Source: Epithemia pelagica
Taxonomy: Eukaryota > Protista > Bacillariophyta
Length of the DNA stretch: 64,000 nt
Reading direction: 5' to 3'
Assembly: GCA_946965045.2 (NCBI GenBank)
Contig: OX337239.1
Span: 930,001-994,000, forward strand
Shown here: positions 1 to 12,615 of the stretch, one piece after another
Numbering within the stretch: the first letter of the stretch is position 1
Layout of the letters: every line of letters begins with the position of its first letter
Made by a program: the position numbers and the translations under genes
Notes under the pieces: model-generated
What the model was told of the DNA's origin: nothing
The model's input: the letters and a program-made list of their open reading frames with translations, nothing else
Databases searched by the model: none

Positions 1-2
1 AA

Positions 3-1310
3 GGGCGAGCTGAGGGAGCTACACGAACCATGGAATCGCACAAACCCTTTTCCAGAGAATACATTGAACGAAAGCAAAAAATTCTGGAATCCATTGCCAA
101 GAGAAAGGGAACTCGAATTGCCAATAAGGTGGAACAGCGATGGAAACAAGTAGAGGCATCTGGAGGAGAAGTGAAATTGCCCTTTCGAAAGGAACTACAA
201 AAACCACGCCTGGCCGAACGTGTACCCATTGTACGACGTGCTTTTAAAATGCTTCCGGAAGAAGAATTGATTCTCGATACGACCATGTCCTTTGTTCACG
301 GTATTTTTTATGGACTCTATTCCAAGACCAACGGACCACTGTCCGTTGAGAAAAAGGGGGCATTGATGGATTGGCTCAACTTACTTAGTGTCACGTTGCC
401 CGAGGAGTGGGCCATTCATGATATGATTGAAACCTTGGCTTCCCGCATCCACTGGATATCCAGTAAAGAAGAGAATCTCCATCGTGTGATTCGCGATTTC
501 AAAATCAAACGCAAGGGATGGAGTGCATCCTGTTCGCAAAATGGGGCTGACTCGGGATTTACCTGTGGCTTTTGGAAAATCTTACATACTGTGTCTATTG
601 GTTTGGCACAACATCGAGGAGGTCAAACCTTGATTGATTCTGGAATGCGTCGCCCTAATGCCCGCGTCTTTTCCCCCGCCGATGCTGCCAACATTGTCAA
701 AAAGTATATGGAACACTTTTTCTTGTGCGATTCCTGTACAGACAAGTTCACGGCCATTTACAATGATTGTTCCAGAAATCGGCGATGCGATCGTTTAGCT
801 ACCCATGCCGAGTTGGCCTCCGATGACGACTGGAAGGAAATGGCCAAGTGGTTGTGGGAATTGCACAATGACATTAGTGTTTCTATTGTCAAGGAAAACT
901 CCCAGAAATTCAAGTCTCAAACCAGAAGAACTACGCCATTGATTTCCACATCTCCGTCCCTGGCAACCATTGGTGCCTTGTGGCCAAGTATGGAAGATTG
1001 TTTGAAATGCTTTGGCGACGACGGGTCGTGGAATGAGGATGCCGTCTTTTTGTACTTGGAAATGGAGTATTGGCCCGATCAAGAAGATGCTCGCATGACG
1101 CGATTGTTGCAATTTGACGAGGATTATTACAACAATGGTTGGGCCAGCTTTTCCTTGTTTGTCGTCCTCCTTGTAGTGGGTGCTGTCTTGGGTTATACCC
1201 TGATTCAAAATCGTATTGCCTTGCAAAAAACCATTCTCATGGTTCGAACCACTGCAACCGCCGCCATGGCCGGTGGAGGACGTGTTGGTGGCAGTAAACG
1301 ATCCGAGTAA
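3..1310 (+). CDS. Erv/ALR-family sulfhydryl oxidase (QSOX-like), C-terminal part with membrane anchor; frame is open to the window edge, so 5'-partial
   Basis: ERV motifs FTCGFWKILHT, FFLCDSC (redox CxxC), WLWELHNDI and WPSMEDCLKC, followed by a C-terminal hydrophobic helix. Confidence 0.85.
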   Translation, partial: GRAEGATRTMESHKPFSREYIERKQKILESIAKRKGTRIANKVEQRWKQVEASGGEVKLPFRKELQKPRLAERVPIVRRAFKMLPEEELILDTTMSFVHGIFYGLYSKTNGPLSVEKKGALMDWLNLLSVTLPEEWAIHDMIETLASRIHWISSKEENLHRVIRDFKIKRKGWSASCSQNGADSGFTCGFWKILHTVSIGLAQHRGGQTLIDSGMRRPNARVFSPADAANIVKKYMEHFFLCDSCTDKFTAIYNDCSRNRRCDRLATHAELASDDDWKEMAKWLWELHNDISVSIVKENSQKFKSQTRRTTPLISTSPSLATIGALWPSMEDCLKCFGDDGSWNEDAVFLYLEMEYWPDQEDARMTRLLQFDEDYYNNGWASFSLFVVLLVVGAVLGYTLIQNRIALQKTILMVRTTATAAMAGGGRVGGSKRSE

Positions 1311-1757
1311 TCGTGGCAAGACAGGACCCTGGGTCTTTACACAACAATTGTTAAAACTTAAGAAAAAACAGTCCATGAGGGAAGATTGGGAACAGGGAGT
1401 GATTGATTCTACGCTGATTGTTCGACATCTCTCTCTCCAAGGGTAAAACAAGCCAGTAATACATTTTATAGTTCAAATGTAGAAACCTTTAGCTTTTGTC
1501 ATGAGCAGTGTTTGATTCATTCTTTTCCCGTGAGTGATAACTATGTGTATCTAACTATTTTTTTTATCGTTAGGGTGTCTTATTGCATTTCCGTGATATG
1601 GGAGAGTAAATGCGAGCGTGTTGATGATACTATCTATGTGTTAGTCGATGGCCGTTGCTCCGAACAACAGCCCCTGGCCACACACAAAGAAGAAATGGAG
1701 AAGGAGGGAGGGAGGGATGTGTGGTTTGACATTTCACTCTTGGAAAGGAAGGCATTC

Positions 1758-3137
1758 CTAAACAATCGTCGTTTTCCTCGTCTCGTCCGCTGCTTCTGGA
1801 ATGGGTTCGTACTCGGCTTTGGGAACCGCGTCTTCGTAGTTGGTACTAATCACGGTACAAATGTTTTCGTCGGAGGGTGCCTTGGTCCATCCCAGTTTCC
1901 ATGCCACGACGCAGTACAATCCCAAAATGGCAGCTTCCAAAATGCCATAATACAATGGGACACCCAGGGCTTCGGCCAATTGGGCACCCGAAAAGGCCGT
2001 AATGGCAATGGAAGTCGCAATACCAGTATTTTGATAACAGCATTCCACCGAGACCGTCCTAGAAGAATAGTAGAGATATGAATCCATCCATCCAACCATG
2101 TTCCCCAAACATAAACGAAACATTCGTCAGAGACATATATACAGACCCCCCATCGGCACGACGAACCACCACTACTTACACGCATTCGGGTTTTTGCAAG
2201 CCAAAATAGGTGGACAAGACATTGGACACGACGAGTCCCATGACAATGGGTGCAGCAACACCGACATAAAATTGCCATTCTCGTCCCAACAAATCGGATT
2301 CGGTATCACTGCTGCAGACGGTGAAGGAAAAAATGACCAAGGACAAGCCTGCCAAGTTGCCAATCTATAGAAAATACACACAAACAAATCAACCAGCAAC
2401 AATAACAACAAGAACAGCAGAACAATTAGTGGAAGACTGACCCAACTGGCCAATACTAGGGAGATCCATTCGATGTACCACGGAATTGGAACAGATTCGG
2501 CTGGTCCTGTGAAATCGACACGCACCTTATTGGCCAAGGTGGAGAAGGCGGGCCACGTAATGGTCGCGGCACAGGCCAAGCCCAATCCAATGGCGGAAAT
2601 GACAATAAAGAGAGAGAGGAACAAGACTTCCCAATCCAGGGCCTCCACGACATTGGCCTCATAGGCTTGATTGGCATACAAGACCAGATTGACGGGTAAC
2701 ATGAGAATGGAAAGCAAAGTGGAAATGGTGGTCATGGTCACACTGAGAGCCAAATCGGCATTGAACATGCTACACCACCAATTGGAATAACTTCCGCCTG
2801 GACTACTCGTGACCACCAACAGGGTAATGCCCATGGTTTCATCCAAATCCAATACCTTGACCGTCACAAACCCCAACAAGGGCAAAATGACAAATTGCAA
2901 GACGACACCCGTCAAAATGGCCTTGGTATTTTTCAATTGCGATTGCAAACTATCCGTCCGAACTGTGGCGCTCATGCCAAAGACCAACAAAAATAAGAGC
3001 AGGTTGCCCACGAGCTCGAGGGGGAACAAATTTTGTTCCATTTCTTCTTCGGACCACGACATGATGAAGGATTGGGGTTGTTGGGACCTAAGTGTGTTTT
3101 CAAGAGAGACCATGATGACAAAGGAAGCCACCGACAT
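1758..3137 (-). CDS. Bile acid:sodium symporter (BASS/SBF) family transporter, spliced
   Basis: LVFGMSATV, QFVILPLLGF, SSPGGSYSNWWC, NADLALSVTMT, ECCYQNTGIA and PLYYG motifs; intron about 2365-2525 (GT..AG) plus at least one more; start ATG at 3137 or 3062. Confidence 0.85.
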
Positions 3138-3556
3138 TGAAACAAGAGGTGAGTGAGACGCCGACAAGGAAGAACGAGAAATCACCAACAAATGACACAG
3201 CCCGTCGAGAGATTCCAGACCAAAACGGACTCATCAAAACCATTGTCCACAAACCAACAAGGTGACACTTACCACTTTTCTTTTACACGCCGTCACAGAG
3301 ATGCCTCTCTCTCTCTCTCGGTCTTTCCTCTTTCGCTGGTTTGGGTTTGTTGCCAAGTTTCCAAGGAAGCAACGATCATTGGTCCTGGTATCTTTTCAGT
3401 CCTGGATATACTATGGACTGTAAAGTTGTAAGTCCTGGGTGTGACTCAGCGTGCGCCGCCTTTTCCCTTGCGTCTTGCGTTGGACGAAGGGGTCGCGTAT
3501 AAGACGCGCTACGCAGGTTCGCTTCTCCCTCCACTTTCTGCCGATACAACACTGAG

Positions 3557-4876
3557 ATGACAATGCTGAAGATGACAACAACAACAACAACCACCACCAC
3601 CACCACCACCACCACCACAACCACAACACCCAGACCATTTATCGCTATCCTTGTCTATTCTTGGTGTCTCATCCTTTCTACCAAGACGGTAGGTGTTGAT
3701 GGGTACGCGTCCTTTTTGACGCAAAGTACCGAGAGTTGTGCCTTGACCTTGGATACCAATGCGCGAATCATGAATCAATTGGTGCAAGGGCCATCTCGCA
3801 AACCACCCTTGAAACTCGAACTGACTGTACCGTCATTGTCCGGTTGGGTATTGGACTTTTCTCAACCTCCTGAAAATGCGACAATTCCCTCTCCCCAAGA
3901 ATTGCAGCAGCATCCTCGTCATCGTCGATCCTCTTCCCCTGCCCTGTTCCAACCCGTGTCCTTACAACTACCAGCAGGGACCAGTAGTAGTAGTAGTATT
4001 CCTTCTTCTCTGGCCTTGCAAGTACGAGTCGTTTCCATGGTGCCTCCTTCCTCCTCCACGGCTGGTGGTGGTGGTGGGGATGACACGTGGGAAGAAGATC
4101 CTGGTACGGATTATCAATTTGTCTTGCAATTGGGAACCGACAGTCCAGCACACTTTCCAAAAGGAGAATGTCCCGGCCAAAAACGCATTACCGGACAAGG
4201 AGGATCAGATGTCGTTTCTGTACAACTCGCCCTTTCCACAGACAACGAAAACAGCAATAACAACAACAATAACAAGGATAGGGTGGTGGAATTGTGGGGG
4301 GCCTGGGCGGCCGGATACCAAGCCGTCCAACTCTTACAGGGATTTCGCATTGTCCTGGTCTACAATCATCAAGACAACGACAAGGACCAGAACAACATAA
4401 AGAAGGAGGCAGCAGTGAAGGATGGCACGATGACCATGACAACCAATCATGAGGATGAAAACAGTCGTACTTTTCATGAAGACACAGCAAACAGGGTGGT
4501 GGAGCAACGGCAATTATCGTCCATCCAACAAGCCAAAACGGACCATTCACAACAACAACAACAACAAGACGAAGAAGCACGACGGCGACAGCAATTGGAG
4601 GATACGATTCAACACGATTTGCGCTCTCATTTGGATTCTGCTAACCAACAACAAGAAGGGCAACAACGAGCCAAGGATCACACGAAACAACGAGAAGAAC
4701 AACAACAAGACGAGGACGAGGAACCACCCTTGACGGCCGTGATTCAATGGCAAGATTCTTCCTTTACCTTGGGATTGCTCATTTTAGTGGGAGGTATTTA
4801 TGGAACTATTCTTTTCAGTACAATCTTCGAGAAGATCAAGGGAGGAGGTGTTTGGAATCAACTCAAACGACGATGA
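3557..4876 (+). CDS. Secreted or type I membrane protein with a possible reeler-like domain, low-complexity Q/N/T tracts and a C-terminal TM helix
   Basis: 439-aa ORF with hydrophobic segment FIAILVYSWCLIL, block CALTLD..IMN..YQFVLQL..ECPG..LWGAWAAGYQAV and C-terminal TM; the domain name is from recollection only. Confidence 0.5.
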   Translation: MTMLKMTTTTTTTTTTTTTTTTTTPRPFIAILVYSWCLILSTKTVGVDGYASFLTQSTESCALTLDTNARIMNQLVQGPSRKPPLKLELTVPSLSGWVLDFSQPPENATIPSPQELQQHPRHRRSSSPALFQPVSLQLPAGTSSSSSIPSSLALQVRVVSMVPPSSSTAGGGGGDDTWEEDPGTDYQFVLQLGTDSPAHFPKGECPGQKRITGQGGSDVVSVQLALSTDNENSNNNNNNKDRVVELWGAWAAGYQAVQLLQGFRIVLVYNHQDNDKDQNNIKKEAAVKDGTMTMTTNHEDENSRTFHEDTANRVVEQRQLSSIQQAKTDHSQQQQQQDEEARRRQQLEDTIQHDLRSHLDSANQQQEGQQRAKDHTKQREEQQQDEDEEPPLTAVIQWQDSSFTLGLLILVGGIYGTILFSTIFEKIKGGGVWNQLKRR

Positions 4877-5475
4877 CAACGGTACACAAACTTGAAAGTT
4901 GCAGTTGTTGTTGTTGTGTTGGTACAGTGTGGGTGTAATGTTCTCTTCTTCTGGGTTCGAACCCACACAAATACCAGACTGAAATTCCCATCATTTGGTC
5001 CACAACACAACAACAACCGAGTTGTATCTTTATCTCATTGTGTTCCTTGTTTCGCAAACATCGACCTCGTTGAGACTGCCATCCAGGGTTGTGGGCCATG
5101 GTTTAAGGGTGTGAGTGTTGTCGTTTCCTTTTTTAGTTCCTAATCAACCCACATCAACCACCCGTGCCTTTTCCGATGACCAATGATTCAATGCACCTGG
5201 TTCTCTGGATCGCAACAGTCCTAACAGATTACTTTGATCCGATAAGGCCTCATGTCAATGTGTTTGTTCTTCTCCAACGGATCGACTACACACGAGACTC
5301 TATGTTCGTACAACCAAGATTTATGTTTCTAGTAGACTATAATTCTGGGAGTTGCCGCTTGTAGTCGGCGGATTCAGTGGATAGCAGATACCCGATATGC
5401 AACACAGACAGAAAATGGTGCAACGACGAGATACGATTGGGGCGGCCATAAAAAACGTGATTGTCTCCTGTTGGC

Positions 5476-7258
5476 TTAGTTCTTTTGACTTTCGTCATGG
5501 AGTTTCTTGAGCAAAAAGATGGAACTCAAGGAATCCTGTACGGCGGCATCGGGCGTGGACGCTCCCGACGTGACCCCCATGATTATTTCCTTGTCCAAAT
5601 TTTCGATAAAGGGCTCCGTGACAATTTCTCCCGTTACGGTACGGTGCGTAATGGTATTGTCGGCACCGACGCATTCAGCCCGGTTAATGTGAAAGGATCG
5701 AATGCCCGCATGCTCTGGAATTTCAAGCAAGTGGGCCGTATTGGAAGAGTCCCATCCACCAATGACAAGGATGAAATCCAATTTGTATTCCTCCGAGTTT
5801 TCTACCAATTCGTGTATCGCATCTTGTCGTTCCTGTCAAATGTGGCATTGAGAACGGTTGTTATGAGTGTTAATGGCATGAGAAAAGAAACGAGAAGTCA
5901 GACCAAGCTCCACCGCGAATCATTCAATATGCTTAGGAACAACATACCTGAGTAGCATCACAAATCGTATCAAATTCCATGTAATGGTTTTTGGATTCCA
6001 CAGGTCCATACTTTTTCATCATGGCCTTTTGGAACAACTGACCAATTGCTCTCGTTTCTTTCTTGTACATTGTAGTTTGGTTCGCCAGACCAACCTTTTT
6101 GAGCATGGTGTCAGGGTCAAATCCCTCACTAATAGCCTTGGAAAAGTATTTCAAAAAGGCTTCCTTGTCTCCTCCGTTCACAATGTAGTCAGCCACCATT
6201 TCGGCTTCCTCCATGTTTTTGACGCAGATGAAATCTTCGCAAAACGAAATGGTCGCGATGGTTTCTTCGTGTCCATATTTTCCGTGAATGATGGACGTCA
6301 ATCCCTCTTTCTGATGCTTGTCAACTGTATTCCACACTTTGGAAACCCAGGGACAGGTGGTATCTACAACCTCCACATTCTATACAGGCAACGCAACAAC
6401 ACAACATTTCAGCATCACATGCTTGCGAAAATCCAGGGCAGCGTCCTATCAAACACATATTGTCCAAGCAGACACTACTCTTTCTCGTTCTCACGTACCA
6501 TTTTATCAAAGTAGTCCATCTCTTCGTACGAGGCACCAAAGGCCGGAAGAATGACGACATCGCCATTCTTGACAGGTTCAAAGTCTTTCTCCCCAGATCC
6601 CTTCTTTTCAATGAACTTGACATCCATGGCTTGCAACTTGTCATTGACTTCGGGGTTGTGAATCAATTCGTTGGTAATATGAATCTGTCGATCCGGAAAG
6701 TGGTCCACAGCTTCATACGCCAAGGCAATGGATCGCTCTACACCCCAGCAGAATCCAAAATCCTATCAACACACACACAAGAGATAAAGCGACACGAACC
6801 AAAGAAAAGGACAGCAAACAGTATCCGTCAGAAACGAATGGCATCGACAAGTTGGTTGACCCCATCCGTATGCATGCATTAATAGATCAGTTCAAGTGCC
6901 AGAGGCTGCGTACCTTGGCCAAATAGACTTTGACTCCATCTTTCTCCATGACGTAATTGCTGGATCGCAACTCTTTCACCAACGGGGATTCATATTCGCC
7001 CGCCATGCGATCTTCCACTTGTTCTCGCACCTCCTTGAATCCACGACGATGGAATTGCGAGGATTTCATCATTCGCAAACGTTCTTCCTTTTTCGTGTTT
7101 CGCGACTCTGCTGCAGCAGTCGCTTCATCTTGATCGGTGGCCGACGACTGCCTCAAGGCGATTGTCACGTGTGTTGCGGATTGTGGACGAAAGGCCAACG
7201 GTTGGTGAAAGGCCGACGCCGAGGAGAGGGTCAATATTGTGGCAAGAGAGAATTTCAT
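5476..7258 (-). CDS. ispH: 4-hydroxy-3-methylbut-2-enyl diphosphate reductase (MEP pathway), plastid-targeted, multi-exon
   Basis: [50 protein letters not shown] and [10 protein letters not shown] across exons; N-terminal [20 protein letters not shown] fits the ASAF bipartite presequence. Confidence 0.95.
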
Positions 7259-9205
7259 GATTGTGTTGCTATAGAGAGATAAGTTGATCACCAAGTATAC
7301 CAATCAGTGTGGTCTTCTTTCAGTGTTGTTGTTGTTTGTAGTGGCGGGTGGGGGACGAAGGTCAATGGGAATGGATACCTCTGACCAATAATCTCTTTCC
7401 TGACGAGGGAAACGCGTACAAATCTGCAAGTGGTTGAAGGATATGATGTATTGCAGATTCGAGACGCATCGCTCGCACTTTTTCACATCACTTGTCCACT
7501 CATCATCGTGGCGAGAGCTGGAGGGAACGAGATCGGTCGCTGGGCAATAGCACACCGCGACTCAAATTCCGATCGATGTTCTTCCACACACGTCAGCAAG
7601 ACGTCAGCAGCGACTGACGAGGGAAAGCTCCTGGCGGGACAAAATTAACCCTCTTCCGATCACGATATCGCTACTAGAGAGATCTACTATTGTATGGTAC
7701 TCCTAGCTCTAGAGGCCTCTGGGCTGGGCCGCCTTCAAGGCGGACGTAGGAGTATGTTCTACAAAATGAGCACCTAAATTGAACCGGCCATCCGGCCATC
7801 TGCATGAAAAGGGATTCGAGGTCGCTTCGTCCATTACAATCACCGTCTCTTGGCTAGGCTAGTCTCTGTCGAACCTCACTACGCGGCAGGTGTGTTCTTC
7901 TTCTTGGTGTTTCTTTGGCTCGAAACGAAACATCCACTCAATGCTCTTCATGGAAAAATTTTCATCGTGCAAAGACAATGGCATTACATTTACATCCCTC
8001 GGTGAAACACGCTCATGTTTCACACTTGTGCAGTATCTCGGTCGTCCCTCTCCTCTTTGTACAATTGCTGGCTTCCCTCCGACATTTCTATAGTGCTGTG
8101 GTTGGATCGATGAGACAAGTGGAGGGTAGCCTATGCTGGAATGGTGACACAGGTATTACCAGCAACTGTACATATCCATGTGAGCAACGAGCACTCGCAA
8201 CCTTCATGATCCGTTCAAGCCTCCTGGATCCTCGGCGACGCCCTCTTCACAGCATTTCCAGCATTTCCCCAACCGCGGCTCGATACAAGCCTTCTGTGAT
8301 TCCGACTTCTGACGTGGAAGCAGAGCTTGCGGACTTCCTCTCCTCTCTCACAAAGAAGGTCTATCAAACTCAAAACCCAGCTATTGCAATATCAAAATTT
8401 TGATCCCTCGATCGGAACTCCCTCTTCCTTTGCATGTAGCTCTCTACGAACAACGAACAGAGCAGCAGGAAGAATGGCGAGACTTTCCCTGTTATTGGAT
8501 GGGAAAGAAAAGGAACATCATGAAATTTTGTTGAGAACCTGGAGCGGGCCTTTGCCCTTTGCGCTTCGCTGATTATTACATTTCAGCGTGTCCGATCATG
8601 GTGGAATATAACGAAATACCATCGTATAGCCATCTCATCCCGCTGAAGACTGAAGATGAGAAATGGTTCCGAATGGTCATTCGAAAAAATAATGCCGATC
8701 GCAGACACGGCCCATGACGATTCAAGATCGATCCCGTATCACGCTCTTCTACAATATATCCGTCCTTTGCACGCAGGCAGACTCGCAAAGTCCGCGCGCA
8801 TCCTTAAACATTTCCGTTGATACACGCCAGCCCAAAATAGAATCAGGTTCTTTTCCTGTTCGTTAGCGGAATATTATGGTGAGGCATGCTGCATCAAAGT
8901 TTGGTGCCAATGAATAATTATACGTGATGAGGGCTACTTACGGAAGGCTCTCTTTATGGAGGGGCAAATGATAATTGCCTCACAAAAGTACTTACAGAGC
9001 TGAAATTTTAATGCGCATGTCGATGGCGCAAAGACCTGCTGCCAAAAAAGAACATCCTGTCACGCTTTGAGATATCGATTTTGTCACAAAAACAGATTGG
9101 ACCTTTGCCCTCTTTGCCCTCTTACGGCCATTTCCATCATAGAGCGGACAATCCTCTGTTCTCAATCACTCGATTGATCTGTGGCACCACAGATAAAGTC
9201 GCAAA

Positions 9206-11023
9206 GTGCCTAAGAGTCTTTTTTCGTTTAAAGAAAACAGTCGATCGACAATGACGAGCACAGTCCAAACTCTTTCATCTTCACCGTCCAAGAAAGAACA
9301 TCAGGACCCCTCTACATTGAATCAAGCTGAACTAGCGCCTGGAGTTCCACACTTTTCGATGCCAGGAGCGGATGAAGGACCTTTTCACCACCACCTTCAA
9401 CTACAGGACCTTGAAGCTGGTGGAGGAACATCGGAATCATCGGACGACGCTTGCAGTCAAGACGAACGAAACATCCACCACGAGAGTTCCGGTCATTCGC
9501 ATTCTTTTCGAACTGACCATGACAAGACATGGCGGAAAGTGCATCCTTTTACAGCCATGAAGCATATCTTGTCTCTCGCCCTCACATGTTTTTGTGTAGT
9601 GGTAGTGTCGGCCGCCATTTTTACCAAGCAAACCACCGCCACAGGAGAGAAAAATGTTCATCCAGTCTTGGCCTACATTGTATTTTGGGGTCTTATTCTG
9701 TGGCTTGCTCTCATGGAAGGCGGTCTTAATTGCATGGTGGGTCTCAAACCGATTGACAAGTCCCTCTACATGAACAGCCACACGAGAACATACAAGTGCA
9801 CTACCCTCGCCCATCATGGCGACAATCTTGAACGATTCATAGTGGGACGACAGTACCTCGACCTCATGTGCGTCTTTTTGACTAGCTTTATGGTGTCCAC
9901 AGTGGAAGATGCTTCTGTACTGGGACTCCCTTCTATTGTCAATGAGATTTTCCTGGATGCCGGAGTCGCTGTCATTTTGGTAACGATAATCTTTGGTCAG
10001 CTGATTGCGCAAATCAACGCTGCTCATTCCATGCTCGACTACATGAACAACTACGTGATGCTTGTTATTACCTACGTGGCATTGGCAGTGGAAGCTTCGG
10101 GAATTCTTCATGCCGTGTATTTGGTGCAAATATTTTTTTCTCGCATCTCAGGCAAACAAATTGAATCCAACGAGCCATCCAAGACTACCTGGCAACGAGT
10201 AGGGTTTTGGGCTCGCATTACCCTGAGTGTCACGATATTAATCGTGGCGTTTGTTGTCTCCTTTACCGCTCTGTTTCAAAACAATACGACCATGTGGGAT
10301 GGCGTACCTCCAGCGGCTTCGGTGCTCCTCTTATTTGCGCTCATTGGAATCACTGGAATCATGGAAGGCTTGCAGATTGCGTTCTTTGCTGTCGCACATT
10401 TACCTGCCGAACAAATTGAACGCAACGCTTCCGCAAAATACAACTGTGACTTGGTCTTTCGCAAGTCAAGCACTAACTTGCAAGCGTTCTTGGTGGGAAG
10501 ACAAATATTTCAAACCGTTGTCATGTTTGTCATTGCGAGAATCATCACCGTTGAAATGAAAGAAGGAGAGGGTAACTTGTTTGGTGTCAGTGATGGTATG
10601 CAAGCTTTTTTCGAGACGGGTGTATTGGGGGCACTCTTGTCGACCATTGTGGCATCTCTTAGCTGGCGAGTCTTGGCGAGTTCCTTTCCAATGGTCTTTT
10701 TGGCCAATCCTTTGTCCACGCTCATTATCAGGTTCTGTCTGTTTGTGGAATGGACGGGCATCTGTTACTCGTCGTGGTTTTTCGCTTGTATACATTACAG
10801 ACTTGCTCGATTCCAAGACGACGTATCCTACATTGGTTCTGCCGCAGCCGCTCAATCCAATGAATTGAAGTCTGACTCTCAAACACAACCGGGAACACCC
10901 GCCAGCTCTACGGCATCGGAAGAGACGGAAGAAGAGGGACATGATGTTTTTGATCCAGAGAATGGACAGCCCATGTCCCCAGTCCCTCCCTTTGTTTTGG
11001 GAGAGTCACATTCCGAATCATGA
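9206..11023 (+). CDS. SIT: Diatom silicon transporter (divergent); likely start ATG about 9251
   Basis: About 10 TM segments; GDNLERFIVGRQY, IFGQLIAQINA, MLDYMNN, MEGLQIAFFAV, FLVGRQIFQ and FFETGVLGAL, all typical of SITs. Confidence 0.93.
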   Translation: MPKSLFSFKENSRSTMTSTVQTLSSSPSKKEHQDPSTLNQAELAPGVPHFSMPGADEGPFHHHLQLQDLEAGGGTSESSDDACSQDERNIHHESSGHSHSFRTDHDKTWRKVHPFTAMKHILSLALTCFCVVVVSAAIFTKQTTATGEKNVHPVLAYIVFWGLILWLALMEGGLNCMVGLKPIDKSLYMNSHTRTYKCTTLAHHGDNLERFIVGRQYLDLMCVFLTSFMVSTVEDASVLGLPSIVNEIFLDAGVAVILVTIIFGQLIAQINAAHSMLDYMNNYVMLVITYVALAVEASGILHAVYLVQIFFSRISGKQIESNEPSKTTWQRVGFWARITLSVTILIVAFVVSFTALFQNNTTMWDGVPPAASVLLLFALIGITGIMEGLQIAFFAVAHLPAEQIERNASAKYNCDLVFRKSSTNLQAFLVGRQIFQTVVMFVIARIITVEMKEGEGNLFGVSDGMQAFFETGVLGALLSTIVASLSWRVLASSFPMVFLANPLSTLIIRFCLFVEWTGICYSSWFFACIHYRLARFQDDVSYIGSAAAAQSNELKSDSQTQPGTPASSTASEETEEEGHDVFDPENGQPMSPVPPFVLGESHSES

Positions 11024-11289
11024 CAAGGTGAACGGGAATTATCGTCCGCGCGACACTCGCTGAAAACAATTGTATAATATATTGAACTAGTAGAACTTGG
11101 CGGTTCAACTGCTATCTTATTTTCTTTTTTTCGATGACCTATAGAATATAAAAGGATCGGCTTCGACAACAAGGCGCACGCAATATATATTAATGTTTTA
11201 TTCAAAATGCCAATCTATACTTTAGCGAAGGACCAGACCTTGGTACACCACTGTCACACGGAGCCGGTATCGACATTTTGGACTGTTGT

Positions 11290-12615
11290 TCAAAAGGGCA
11301 ATCTCGAACAACCCGCTGGTGTCTTTTTCCGGGAGGTGACCTTGCCCTGATAGTAGTTTCGTCGTGTATTCATTTGAAAGAGTTGTTGAAAATGACAAGC
11401 GGGGGAAAAGCCGAGCCAGGACGACACCAATTGGTTCAAGATGGAAATGTCTTTGGTCCATTCTGTACTATCCACCACACGGACACGGTGCTCATTTCCC
11501 AAGAGTTGCGCAAAGTACATCATATCTTGGTTCCGACGTGTCGACTCGGCAATGGCCTCATCCAGATTGCTTCGAAACGCTGCATGACCGGCATCAAAGG
11601 CTTTTTGAACCGATTTGGCATGAGCCGCAGCGTCTCGAATACTAATAATGAATCGGGCACAGGGAAGACTTTCATTCAGAAAGATGGCTGCATCCTGAAA
11701 GAAAGCTTGTCGTTCCGTTTCGTTCACAATGGAAGCGTTGTAATAGGGAGGGAACCGAATGGTTTTGAATCCGACAATGTCTTCCTTTTCCTCTTGAGCG
11801 TTTACAATGGTTTGATTGCCGTCTTGCAGCAGTGGTGGATTAATGGTTTCTACCATTTGCTGAGTGACACAGGCAAAGGCGGAGGGTGGTACTGGATTGT
11901 GTCGCCAGGGTCCTGGAATGACCAAATGTCCACGGTTCCATTCAAAATGCGTTCGAGTAGCAGACATGGCGTGATAGAAATGAGTGAGCATACCATTGTT
12001 TTCCCCACTCATGCGAATGCCAGGCAAACTTTGAATCATTTCGTTCAAGGTAGTACTACCCGATCGACCAGTCGACAAGATCACCAAATAGCGTCGTGTA
12101 CAGGGATGACAGAGCGCCGTCACGTCACAGTGGGCCTGGGGACACCAGGCGTCCTTGGCCGATTGTGGTAAACCGGGTCGTTGTGTAGGCACAGACGAAC
12201 TTGATTGTTCGTGTTGCTCTTGTTCTAGTCGTTGCTCCTGTTGTTGAAGCTGTTGTTGATGTTGCTTTTCTTGCTGTCGCAACAGTTCCATAATTTCATC
12301 CTTTTTATGTTTGGCGTCCGCCTGGTATTTCTGCAAGGTTTCTTCTAGAGCTTTCGTGACAGCCTCGGAAACTTGCTCTCTCGTCAAAGATAATGATGAT
12401 GATGACAGCGACGAGGAACTGGTCTGCAGTGCGAGGGCAGCTTTATCGAGTGGAGCAGCCGAGTGGATCTCACCCAGGTAGATTTGCAAAAAAATCACCA
12501 TGAGACCCAAGAACAAGAGGCCTTTCACATGCAAATCTTTCGCTGGGAGAGATCTAGTGGATGCGGTGGCACCAGCGCCACCCTGGCTGGGAACCTGTAT
12601 TCGTTGACGCGCCAT
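11290..12615 (-). CDS. Type II membrane P-loop sulfotransferase-like protein (paralog A)
   Basis: N-terminal TM, coiled coil, PAPS-binding-like STGRSGSTTL, RMSGENNG and VGFKTIRF; clear paralog of 22453-23679. Confidence 0.7.
   Translation of the reverse strand: MARQRIQVPSQGGAGATASTRSLPAKDLHVKGLLFLGLMVIFLQIYLGEIHSAAPLDKAALALQTSSSSLSSSSLSLTREQVSEAVTKALEETLQKYQADAKHKKDEIMELLRQQEKQHQQQLQQQEQRLEQEQHEQSSSSVPTQRPGLPQSAKDAWCPQAHCDVTALCHPCTRRYLVILSTGRSGSTTLNEMIQSLPGIRMSGENNGMLTHFYHAMSATRTHFEWNRGHLVIPGPWRHNPVPPSAFACVTQQMVETINPPLLQDGNQTIVNAQEEKEDIVGFKTIRFPPYYNASIVNETERQAFFQDAAIFLNESLPCARFIISIRDAAAHAKSVQKAFDAGHAAFRSNLDEAIAESTRRNQDMMYFAQLLGNEHRVRVVDSTEWTKDISILNQLVSSWLGFSPACHFQQLFQMNTRRNYYQGKVTSRKKTPAGCSRLPF

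Noticed and set aside
3573-3627. Poly-Thr tract at the start of ORF 3557
   Set aside because: It is an ACA/ACC microsatellite, common in this genome (also near 4550 and 31566); no specific function can be supported.
7690-8800. Palindromic patches near 7700-7755 and an open stretch on the minus strand near 7900-8150, as a possible Helitron end or decayed gene
   Set aside because: The stems are short and imperfect, no protein motif was recognised and no element boundaries could be defined.
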